DNA from: a virus
Taxonomy: Duplodnaviria > Heunggongvirae > Uroviricota > Caudoviricetes
Strand: one strand, 5' to 3'
IMG/VR virus record: IMGVR_UViG_2529293041_000008
DNA: 11,552 bases
How positions within the stretch are numbered: the stretch's first letter is position 1; the number at the start of each line of letters is the position of its first letter. Positions 1 through 10,868 of this stretch are shown here, in pieces. The notes under the pieces were generated by a model. It ran no database searches. It worked only from the letters and a program-made list of their open reading frames with translations, and was not told where the DNA came from. Position numbers and translations under genes: made by a program.

Positions 1-2741
<2,741 letters not shown>

Positions 2742-2742
<1 letters not shown>

Positions 2743-3071
2743 TGGAGACGTTTCACTGGAAAGTGCGCCCGGATATGAATGTGGTATCAGAGCCGAAAGT
2801 GGTGACAGTGAAGCTGGGCGATGGTTATGAACAGCGTCGTGCGGCGGGACTGAATAACCAGTTGTCGACTTACAGCGTGACGATACGTGTTCGTAAATGT
2901 GAACACCCATCTTTAAAAGCCTTTCTGGAACGGCACGGTGGCGTCCGCGCATTTCAGTGGACGCCACCTTATGACTGGAAACCGATTAGGGTGGTTTGTC
3001 GTAAATGGTCGGCAAGCGTGGGGGCGCTGTGGGTAACCATAACGGCAGATTTTGAACAGGTCGTGGCATAG
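2742..3071 (+). CDS. M: Minor tail protein M (tail tip assembly)
   Basis: 109 aa, the same length as lambda M. Translation METFHWKVRPDM...GDGYEQR...HGGVRAFQWTPPYDW...FEQVVA resembles lambda M from memory. Start overlaps the H stop. Confidence 0.9.
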
Positions 3072-3080
3072 GAGGCTCTG

Positions 3081-3779
3081 ATGCAGGATATTCCACAGGA
3101 AACACATCATGAGACGACACGCCTCACTCAGTCAGCCCAGGTGGTGCTCTGGGAAATCGATCTGACAGAGGTCGGTGGTGAACGTTATTTTTTCTGTAAT
3201 GAGCAGAACGAAAAAGGTGAGCCGGTTACCTGGCAGGGGCGGCAGTATCAGGCATACCCCATTCAGGGGACAGGATTTGAACTGAACGGCAAGGGCAGTG
3301 CTGCCCGTCCGACACTGACGGTTTCTAACCTGCACGGCATGGTCACGGGGATGGCGGAAGACCTGCAGAGTCTGGTCGGCGGAACGGTGGTCAGGCGTAA
3401 GGTTTACGCCCGTTTTCTGGATGCGGTGAACTTCGTCAACGGAAACAGCGACGCCGATCCGGAGCAGGAGGTGATCAGCCGCTGGCGCATCGAGCAGTGC
3501 AGCGAACTGAGTGCGGTCAGTGCCTCCTTTGTGTTGTCCACACCGACGGAAACGGATGGTGCTGTTTTTCCGGGGCGTATCATGCTGGCCAACACCTGCA
3601 CCTGGACCTATCGCGGTGATGAGTGTGGTTATCACGGTCCGGCTGTCGCGGATGAATATGACCAGCCGACGTCCGATATCACGAAGGATAAATGCAGCAA
3701 ATGCCTGAGCGGCTGTAAGTTTCGCAATAACGTCGGCAACTTTGGCGGCTTCCTTTCCATTAACAAACTTTCGCAGTAA
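3081..3779 (+). CDS. L: Minor tail protein L (tail tip assembly, Fe-S cluster protein)
   Basis: 232 aa, the same length as lambda L. AGGAGG lies 8 nt upstream of the ATG. Translation MQDIPQE...VVLWEIDLTEVGGERYFFCNEQNEKGEPVTWQGRQYQ...CTWTYRGDECGY...KCSKCLSGCKF matches lambda L closely from memory, including the C-terminal Cys cluster. Confidence 0.9.
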   Translation: MQDIPQETHHETTRLTQSAQVVLWEIDLTEVGGERYFFCNEQNEKGEPVTWQGRQYQAYPIQGTGFELNGKGSAARPTLTVSNLHGMVTGMAEDLQSLVGGTVVRRKVYARFLDAVNFVNGNSDADPEQEVISRWRIEQCSELSAVSASFVLSTPTETDGAVFPGRIMLANTCTWTYRGDECGYHGPAVADEYDQPTSDITKDKCSKCLSGCKFRNNVGNFGGFLSINKLSQ

Positions 3780-3783
3780 TCCC

Positions 3784-4527
3784 ATGACACAGACAGAATC
3801 AGAGATTCTGGCGCACGCCCGGCGATGTGCGCCAGCGGAGTCGTGCGGCTTCGTGGTGAGAACGCCGGAAGGGGAAAGATATTTTCCCTGCGTGAATATC
3901 TCCGGTGAGCCGGAGGCGTATTTCCGGATGTCGCCGGAGGACTGGCTGCGGGCAGAGATGCAGGGTGAGATTGTGGCGCTGGTCCACAGCCACCCCGGTG
4001 GTCTGCCCTGGCTGAGTGAGGCTGACAGGCGGCTGCAGGTGCAGAGCGATTTGCCTTGGTGGCTGGTCTGCCGGGGTGAGATTCATAAATTCCGCTGTGT
4101 GCCGCATCTTACCGGGCGGCGCTTTGAGCACGGGGTGACGGACTGTTACACGCTGTTCCGGGATGCTTATCATCTGGCGGGGATTGAGATGCCGGACTTT
4201 CATCGTGAGGATGACTGGTGGTGTAACGGCCAGAATCTCTATCTGGATAATCTGGAGGCCACAGGGCTGTATCAGGTGCCGTTGTCAGCGGCGCAGCCGG
4301 GCGATGTGCTGCTGTGCTGTTTTGGTTCATCGGTGCCGAATCATGCCGCCATTTACTGCGGCGACGGTGAGCTGTTGCACCATATTCCTGAACAACTGAG
4401 CAAACGAGAGAGGTATACCGACAAATGGCAGCGACGCACACACTCCCTCTGGCGTCACCGGGCATGGCACGCATCTGCCTTTACGGGGATTTACAACGAT
4501 TTGGCCGCCGCATCGACCTTCGTGTAA
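3784..4527 (+). CDS. K: Tail tip assembly protein K (N-terminal JAB/MPN-like domain plus C-terminal NlpC/P60-like domain)
   Basis: ATG at 3784 sits 4 nt after the L stop; the ORF-track start at 3742 lies inside L and was not used. HSHPGGLPWLSEAD fits the JAMM-type H-x-H-x7-S-x2-D motif. Cys in DCYTLF and downstream His residues fit an NlpC/P60 fold. The 103-nt out-of-frame overlap with I matches lambda; the shorter 199-aa lambda K annotation would correspond to Met49 here. Confidence 0.85.
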   Translation: MTQTESEILAHARRCAPAESCGFVVRTPEGERYFPCVNISGEPEAYFRMSPEDWLRAEMQGEIVALVHSHPGGLPWLSEADRRLQVQSDLPWWLVCRGEIHKFRCVPHLTGRRFEHGVTDCYTLFRDAYHLAGIEMPDFHREDDWWCNGQNLYLDNLEATGLYQVPLSAAQPGDVLLCCFGSSVPNHAAIYCGDGELLHHIPEQLSKRERYTDKWQRRTHSLWRHRAWHASAFTGIYNDLAAASTFV

Positions 4528-5072
4528 AAACGGGGGCTGAAGCCATCCGGGCGTTGTCCACACAGCTCCCGGCGTTTCGTCAGAAACTGAATGACGGCTG
4601 GTATCAGGTGCGCATTGCCGGGCGTGATGCAGGTGAAACCGAATTATCTGCCCGTCTTAATGAGCCGCTGGCAAATGGTGCCGTGATCCACATCGTGCCG
4701 CATCTGGCGGGAGCTAAAAGTGGCGGTGTGTTTCAGGTGGTGCTGGGGGCGGCGCTGATTGCGGTGGCATGGTGGAACCCTGTGGGCTGGCTGGGTGCCG
4801 CGGCTGTATCGGGCATGTATGCGGCAGGGGCCAGTATGATCCTGGGTGGTGTGGCCCAGATGCTGGCACCGAAAGCCCGGACGCCCACAGCGACCAGCAC
4901 GGATAACGGTAAGCAGAACACCTATTTCTCATCACTGGATAACATGGTTGCCCAGGGCAATGTTCTGCCTGTTCTGTACGGTGAAATGCGCGTGGGGTCT
5001 CGTGTGGTTTCTCAGGAGATCAGCACGGCAGATGAAGGGGACGGTGGTCAGGTTGTGGTGATTGGCCGCTGA
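4425..5072 (+). CDS. I: Tail tip assembly protein I
   Basis: 215 aa. GAGAGG lies about 12 nt upstream. N-terminus MAATHTLPLASPGMARICLYGDLQRFGRRIDLRV and C-terminus ...NGKQNTYFSSLDNMVAQGNVLPVLYGEMRVGSRVVSQEISTADEGDGGQVVVIGR resemble lambda I from memory. The I-J gap is 60 nt, as in lambda. Confidence 0.85.
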   Translation: MAATHTLPLASPGMARICLYGDLQRFGRRIDLRVKTGAEAIRALSTQLPAFRQKLNDGWYQVRIAGRDAGETELSARLNEPLANGAVIHIVPHLAGAKSGGVFQVVLGAALIAVAWWNPVGWLGAAAVSGMYAAGASMILGGVAQMLAPKARTPTATSTDNGKQNTYFSSLDNMVAQGNVLPVLYGEMRVGSRVVSQEISTADEGDGGQVVVIGR

Positions 5073-5090
5073 TGCAAAATATTTCATGTG

Positions 5091-5116
5091 AAACCGCCTC
5101 CGGGCGGTTTTGTCGT
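5091..5116 (+). other. Intergenic stem-loop between I and J (8-bp stem AAACCGCC/GGCGGTTT, loop TCCG, followed by a T-rich tract)
   Basis: Inverted repeat 5091-5098 / 5103-5110 followed by TGTCGTTT. Looks like a weak intrinsic terminator or RNA stability element inside the late tail operon. Function not determinable from sequence. Confidence 0.35.
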
Positions 5117-5132
5117 TTATGGAGCATGACGA

Positions 5133-8100
5133 ATGGGCAAAGGAAGCAGTAAGGGGCATACCCCGCGCGAAGCGAAGGACAACCTGAAGTCCACGCAACT
5201 GCTGAGTGTGATTGATGCCATCAGCGAAGGGCCGATTGACGGTCCGGTGGATGGATTAAAAAGCGTGCTGCTGAACAGTACGCCGGTGCTGGACAGTGAG
5301 GGGAATACCAATATCTCCGGTGTCACGGTGGTGTTCCGGGCTGGTGAGCAGGAGCAGACTCCGCCGGAGGGATTTGAATCCTCCGGCTCCGAGACGGTGC
5401 TGGGTACGGAAGTGAAATACGACACGCCGATCACCCGGACCATCACGTCGGCAAACATTGACCGACTGCGTTTTACCTTCGGTGTGCAGGCACTGGTGGA
5501 AACCACCTCAAAGGGGGACAGGAATCCGTCGGAAGTCCGCCTGCTGGTTCAGATACAACGTAACGGTGGCTGGGTGACGGAAAAAGACATCACCATTAAA
5601 GGCAAAACCACCTCACAGTATCTGGCATCGGTGGTGGTGGGTAACCTGCCGCCGCGCCCGTTCAATATCCGGATGCGCAGGATGACGCCGGACAGCACCA
5701 CAGACCAGCTGCAGAACAAAACGCTCTGGTCGTCATACACCGAAATCATCGATGTGAAACAGTGCTACCCGAACACGGCACTGGTCGGCGTACAGGTGGA
5801 TTCGGAGCAGTTCGGCAGCCAGCAGGTGAGCCGTAATTATCATCTTCGCGGGCGCATTCTGCAGGTGCCGTCGAACTATAACCCGCAGACGCGACAATAC
5901 AGCGGTATCTGGGACGGAACGTTAAAACCGGCATACAGCAACAACATGGCCTGGTGTCTGTGGGATATGCTTACCCATCCGCGCTACGGCATGGGGAAAC
6001 GTCTTGGTGCGGCGGATGTGGATAAATGGGCGCTGTATGTCATCGGCCAGTACTGCGACCAGTCAGTGCCGGACGGCTTTGGCGGCACGGAGCCGCGCAT
6101 CACCTGTAATGCGTACCTGACCACACAGCGCAAGGCGTGGGATGTGCTCAGTGATTTCTGCTCGGCGATGCGCTGTATGCCGGTATGGAACGGGCAAACG
6201 CTGACGTTCGTGCAGGACCGACCGTCGGATAAGGTGTGGACCTATAACCGCAGTAATGTGGTGATGCCGGATGATGGCGCGCCGTTCCGCTACAGCTTCA
6301 GCGCCCTGAAGGACCGCCATAATGCCGTTGAGGTGAACTGGATTGACCCGAACAACGGCTGGGAGACGGCAACAGAGCTTGTGGAGGATACGCAGGCCAT
6401 TGCCCGTTACGGTCGTAACGTCACGAAGATGGATGCTTTTGGCTGTACCAGCCGGGGGCAGGCACACCGCGCCGGGCTGTGGCTGATTAAAACAGAACTG
6501 CTGGAAACGCAGACCGTGGACTTCAGCGTGGGCGCAGAAGGGCTTCGCCATGTGCCGGGCGATGTCATTGAAATCTGTGATGATGACTATGCCGGTATCA
6601 GCATCGGCGGGCGCGTGCTGGCGGTAAACAGCCAGACCCGGACGCTGACGCTCGACCGTGAAATCACGCTGCCATCCTCCGGTACCACGCTGATAAGCTA
6701 GGTTGACGGAAGTGGCAATCCGGTCAGCGTGGAGGTCCAGTCCGTCACCGACGGCGTGAAGGTAAAAGTGAGCCGTGTTCCTGACGGCGTTGCCGGATAC
6801 AGCGTGTGGGGGCTGAAGCTGCCGACGCTGCGCCAGCGCCTGTTCCGCTGCGTGAGTATCCGTGAGAACGACGACGGCACGTATGCCATCACCGCCGTGC
6901 AGCATGTACCGGAAAAAGAAGCCATCGTGGATAACGGGGCGCACTTTGACGGCGACCAGAGCGGCACGGTGAATGGTGTCACGCCGCCAGCGGTGCAGCA
7001 CCTGACTGCCGAAGTCACCGCAGACAGCGGGGAGTATCAGGTACTGGCCCGCTGGGATACGCCGAAGGTGGTGAAGGGCGTGAGTTTCATGCTTCGCCTG
7101 ACCGTGGCAGCGGATGACGGCAGTGAGCGGCTGGTCAGCACAGCCCGGACGGCGGAAACCACATACCGCTTCACACAACTGGCGCTGGGGAACTACAGGC
7201 TGACAGTCCGGGCAGTAAATGCGTGGGGGCAGCAGGGCGATCCGGCATCGGTATCGTTCCGGATTGCCGCACCGGCAGCGCCGTCGCGGATTGAGCTGAC
7301 GCCGGGTTATTTTCAGATCACCGCCACGCCGCATCTTGCGGTTTATGATCCGACGGTACAGTTTGAGTTCTGGTTTTCGGAAAAGCGGATTACCGATATC
7401 AGGCAGGTTGAAACCAGCGCGCGCTATCTTGGCACGGGGATGTACTGGATAGCCGCCAGTATCAATATCAAACCGGGCCATGATTATTACTTTTATATCC
7501 GCAGTGTGAACACCGTTGGCAAATCGGCATTCGTGGAGGCTGTCGGTCAGGCGAGCGATGATGCGGAAGGTTACCTGGATTTTTTCAAAGGCCAGATAAC
7601 CGAATCCCATCTCGGCAAGGAGCTGCTGGAAAAAGTCGAGCTGACGGAGGATAACGCCAGCAAACTGGAGGAGTTTTCGAAAGAGTGGCAGGACGCTAAC
7701 GATAAGTGGAATGCCATGTGGGGCGTCAAAATTGAGCAGACCAAAGACGGCAAACATTATGTCGCGGGTATTGGCCTCAGCATGGAGGACACGGAAGAAG
7801 GCAAGCTGAGCCAGTTTCTGGTTGCCGCTAACCGTATCGCGTTTATTGACCCGGCAAACGGGAATGAAACGCCGATGTTTGTGGCGCAGGGCAATCAGAT
7901 ATTTATGAACGACGTGTTCCTGAAGCGCCTGACGGCCCCGACCATTACCAGTGGTGGAAATCCACCGGCATTTTCCCTGACATCAGACGGAAAGCTGACC
8001 GCTAAAAATGCGGATATCAGTGGCAGAGTGAATGCGAACGCCGGGACGCTCAACAATGTCACGGTAAATGAAAACTGTACGATTAAGGGCATGCTGGAGG

Positions 8101-8546
8101 CGACTCAGGTCAGAGGTGACTTCGTTAAAGCTGTATCCAAATCATTTCCGAAACAGGCTGGTACGTGGGGTAACACGGAAACACCAAACGGGACGGTTAC
8201 AGTCACCATCAGCGATGATCATAACTTTGACCGTCAAATCATTATTCCGCCCATTATCTTTAACGGAATAGCGTATAGCTATCCGGGAAGTGGTAATAAC
8301 CCGGGAGGTACAAGATACACGGGTTATGGTTTTGAAGTTCGCAAAAACGGTGTATTAATCGCATCCAGAGAAACTAAAGGGGCCATTCCCGGTAGCTACA
8401 GTGCGGTTATTGATATGCCGAGTGGCAGGGGAAGCGTCACTCTGGAGTTTAAGGTTTTCCATAAAGGCAATCAGTGGGCAGGTAATATCACCGACTGTAC
8501 GGTGATTGTGACCAAAAAAGCCGCTTCCGGCATCAGTATTCGTTGA
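5133..8546 (+). pseudogene. J: Central tail fibre / host specificity protein J, full length but interrupted by one in-frame amber codon (TAG 6699-6701); ORF-track pieces 5133-6701 and 6729-8546 are the same frame
   Basis: The two pieces are in the same frame and together span about 1136 codons, close to lambda J (1132 aa). N-terminus MGKGSSKGHTPREAKDNLKSTQLLSVIDAISEGPIDG is lambda-J-like. The sequence right after the stop ([29 protein letters not shown]) continues the J protein with no start codon or RBS. The last ~150 aa differ from lambda J as I recall it. Confidence 0.85.
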
Positions 8547-8566
8547 AATTGTTATAACCCATATAA

Positions 8567-8591
8567 GGGCACCAGAAATGGTGCCTTTTTT
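8567..8591 (+). terminator. Rho-independent terminator after J
   Basis: Stem GGCACC (8568-8573) / GGTGCC (8580-8585), loop AGAAAT, followed by TTTTTT (8586-8591). Confidence 0.6.
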
Positions 8592-8615
8592 ATTGCAGAA
8601 AAGCGAGAGGTAATT

Positions 8616-9218
8616 ATGCGTAAAGTTTGTGCAGCAATTTTGTCCGCAGCCATCTGTCTGTCCGTATCCGGTGCGCCTGCATGGGCGTCTGAACATCAGT
8701 CCACACTGAGCGCGGGGTATCTTCATGCCCGGACGAACGCTCCCGGTAGCGATAATCTTAACGGGATTAACGTGAAATACCGTTATGAATTTACGGACAC
8801 GCTGGGGCTGGTGACGTCATTCAGCTATGCAGGAGACAAGAATCGCCAGCTTACCCGTTACAGCGATACCCGCTGGCATGAAGATTCCGTGCGTAACCGC
8901 TGGTTCAGCGTGATGGCGGGGCCGTCTGTGCGCGTGAATGAATGGTTCAGCGCGTATGCGATGGCGGGTGTGGCTTACAGCCGTGTGTCGACTTTCTCCG
9001 GGGATTATCTTCGCGTAACTGACAACAAGGGGAAAACGCACGATGTGCTGACCGGAAGTGATGACGGTCGCCACAGCGACACCTCTCTGGCGTGGGGAGC
9101 TGGCGTGCAGTTTAACCCGACCGAATCCGTGGCCATTGATATTGCTTATGAAGGCTCCGGCAGTGGCGACTGGCGCACTGACGGTTTCATCGTGGGTGTC
9201 GGTTATAATTCTGATTAG
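8616..9218 (+). CDS. lom: Lom-family outer-membrane beta-barrel protein (Ail/PagC/OmpX family), lysogenic-conversion moron; C-terminus apparently altered by a 1-nt deletion
   Basis: GAGAGG RBS about 7 nt upstream. Signal peptide [24 protein letters not shown] followed by SEH. Alternating beta-strand pattern with ...DGFIVGVGY near the end. Sits between J and the tail fibre as in lambda and has its own downstream terminator. Ends GYNSD, lacking the family-typical terminal Phe. Confidence 0.85.
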
Positions 9219-9241
9219 CCAGGTAACACAGTGTTATGACA

Positions 9242-9267
9242 GTCCGCCGGTTCAGGCGGGCTTTTTT
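9242..9267 (+). terminator. Rho-independent terminator after lom
   Basis: Stem GTCCGCC (9242-9248) / GGCGGGC (9255-9261) with one G-U pair, loop GGTTCA, followed by TTTTTT (9262-9267). Confidence 0.6.
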
Positions 9268-9278
9268 GTGAGGTGAAT

Positions 9279-10549
9279 ATGGCAGTAAAGATTTCAGGTG
9301 TACTGAAAGACGGCACAGGAAAACCGGTACAGAACTGCACAATCCAGCTGAAAGCAAAACGTAACAGTACCACTGTGGTGGTGAACGCGCTGGCCTCAGA
9401 AATCCGGATGAAGCCGGGCGTTACAGTATGGACGTTGAGTACGGTCAGTACAGCGTTATTCTGTTGGTGGAGGGATTCCCGCCGTCACATGCCGGGACCA
9501 TCACCGTGTATGAAGATTCTCAACCCGGTACGCTGAATGATTTTCTCGGTGCCATGACGGAGGATGATGCCCGTCCGGAGGCACTGCGACGTTTTGAACT
9601 GATGGTGGAAGAGGTGGCGCGTAACGCTGAGGAGGCGAAGAAGAATGCCGGAGAGGCAGAGACGTCAGCGAGGAATGCGGGTATATCAGCCGGCCAGGCG
9701 GAAAAGAGTGCAGTAAATGCTGAGACTTCTGCAGGGGATGCATCGGAGTCAGCCCGGCAGGCGACGGAAAGTGCAGCCTCAGCAAAGCAGTCAGAGGATG
9801 CGTCCTCGTCCTCGGCTTCTGCGGCCGCTCAAAAAGCCAGTGAGTCATCACAAAGTGCAGCAGAAGCTGAATTGTCAAGAAAGACGGCAGAAAGTGCAGC
9901 CGGTAATGCATCCAGGGATGCAACGACCGCAGCAGAAAAAGCCCGGGAGTCAGCAGAAAGCGCACAGTCAGCGGAACAAAGCAGGATAGCGGCGGAAGAC
10001 GCCGTAAACCGAATCCCCACCGTGGTGGGACCTCCCGGGCCAAAGGGGGAACAGGGGCCCGCGGGTCCTCAGGGGCCGAAGGGTGATAAGGGAGAGCGCG
10101 GTGACACCGGCCCTGTCGGGGCAACCGGCGAACGGGGACCGGCAGGTGATGCTGGTCCGGCAGGCCCGCAGGGGCCGAAAGGTGACAGGGGAGAGCGGGG
10201 AGAGACCGGTCTGACGGGAAATGCAGGTCCACAGGGTCCAAAGGGAGATACCGGTGCGGCAGGCCCACAGGGACCGAAAGGAGAAACAGGTGCGGCTGGC
10301 CCGGTGGGGGCAACCGGACCTCAGGGACCGAAGGGCGACCCGGGGGAGACACAAATCCGTTTTCGTCTGGGGCCGGCGAGCATTATTGAGACAAACAGCA
10401 ATGGCTGGTTCCCGGATACAGATGGCGCACTCATCACCGGACTGACCTTTCTTGACCCCAAAGATGCCACACAGGTTCAGGGGCTGTTTCAGCATTTGCA
10501 GGTCAGGTTTGGTGACGGGCCGTGGCAGGATGTTAAGGGGCGTGGATGA
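9279..10549 (+). pseudogene. stf: Side tail fibre protein (lambda Stf-like N-terminus, Ala/Ser/Glu-rich coiled region, collagen-like repeat, C-terminal globular domain) with a -1 frameshift near codon 40
   Basis: ATG at 9279 is preceded by TGAGGTG. N-terminus [36 protein letters not shown] matches lambda Stf from memory. The frame then drifts into nonsense and stops at 9536, while the neighbouring frame continues with the Stf-like ...[60 protein letters not shown]. The shift is at the A-run in TCAGAAATCC (9396-9405). Confidence 0.75.
10028..10342 (+). repeat. Collagen-like repeat: 35 uninterrupted Gly-X-Y triplets within the tail fibre gene
   Basis: Direct translation: [105 protein letters not shown]. 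Confidence 0.9.
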
Positions 10550-10604
10550 AGTGGGCAGTGATACAGGCAGAACAGGAGAATGACATGAATATACTAAAAA
10601 ACTT

Positions 10605-10853
10605 ATGCAGCGTCTGTGTGGTTGCGGAAAGCATGATGGCCGTGAACACGTGCAGTCGCTTACAGCACAACTGCGTCTGGGGCCGGCAGACATCCTGGAG
10701 TCCGATGAGAATGGTATTATTCCGGAGCAGGACAGGGTAATCACGCAGGTGGTGATACTGGATGCAGATAAAAAGCAGATACAGTGCGTGGTAAGACCGC
10801 TGCAAATCCTGCGTGCTGACGGGGTGTGGGAAAATATTGGCGGGATGAAGTAA
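10605..10853 (+). CDS. Short ORF (82 aa) paralogous to the C-terminal domain of the upstream tail fibre; possible fibre-tip or chaperone-like module, or a remnant of a second fibre gene
   Basis: ...AQLRLGPADILESDENGIIPEQDRVITQVVILDADKKQIQCVVRPLQILRADGVWENIGG aligns with the fibre C-terminus ...[62 protein letters not shown]. An identical 14-mer CGTCTGGGGCCGGC occurs at 10364-10377 and 10674-10687. No good RBS before the ATG at 10605, so start and frame are uncertain. Followed by a terminator-like hairpin. Confidence 0.45.
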   Translation: MQRLCGCGKHDGREHVQSLTAQLRLGPADILESDENGIIPEQDRVITQVVILDADKKQIQCVVRPLQILRADGVWENIGGMK

Positions 10854-10868
10854 CCCGACAGCTTCACA

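Noticed and set aside
3742-3783. ORF-track start of K at 3742
   Set aside because: That start lies inside the L coding sequence upstream of the L stop. ATG at 3784, 4 nt after the L stop, gives the conserved MTQTESEIL N-terminus and is the more plausible start.
3132-3785. 217-aa ORF on the minus strand
   Set aside because: Antisense to L, which matches lambda L essentially end to end. No RBS or domain-like features.
6063-7757. 564-aa ORF on the minus strand
   Set aside because: Lies entirely antisense to J, whose identity is well supported. The translation is Arg/Pro/His-rich with no protein-like pattern, the usual shadow ORF of a GC-rich gene.
8547-8615. Own promoter for lom between the J terminator and the lom start
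   Set aside because: TTGAAA and TTGTTA hexamers are present, but none has a plausible -10 element at 16-18 bp spacing. A lom promoter is plausible biologically but cannot be supported from this sequence.
9273-9278. GTG start for the tail fibre at 9273
   Set aside because: ATG at 9279 gives the conserved MAVKISGVLKDG N-terminus and is correctly spaced from the TGAGGTG RBS-like sequence.
10028-10342. Possible CRISPR array or other nucleotide-level tandem repeat
   Set aside because: The periodicity is at the codon level (Gly-X-Y) with degenerate nucleotides. There are no identical direct repeats with unique spacers and no cas genes.
9501-10352. 283-aa Pro-rich ORF on the minus strand
   Set aside because: It is the reverse complement of the Ala/Ser-rich and Gly-X-Y-coding part of the tail fibre gene. 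Complementing GGN/GCN-rich repeats gives a long open, Pro/Leu/Arg-rich frame. Artefact.
10351-10853. Invertible tail-fibre segment of the Gin/Pin/Cin type
   Set aside because: The two homologous C-terminal modules are in direct, not inverted, orientation, and no serine invertase gene or crossover-site-like inverted repeats are present in the window.
9968-10867. 299-aa ORF on the minus strand spanning the fibre 3' end and the paralog ORF
   Set aside because: Antisense to two + strand coding segments and crosses the intergenic terminator region. Cys/Ser/Arg-rich and low complexity, with no independent support.
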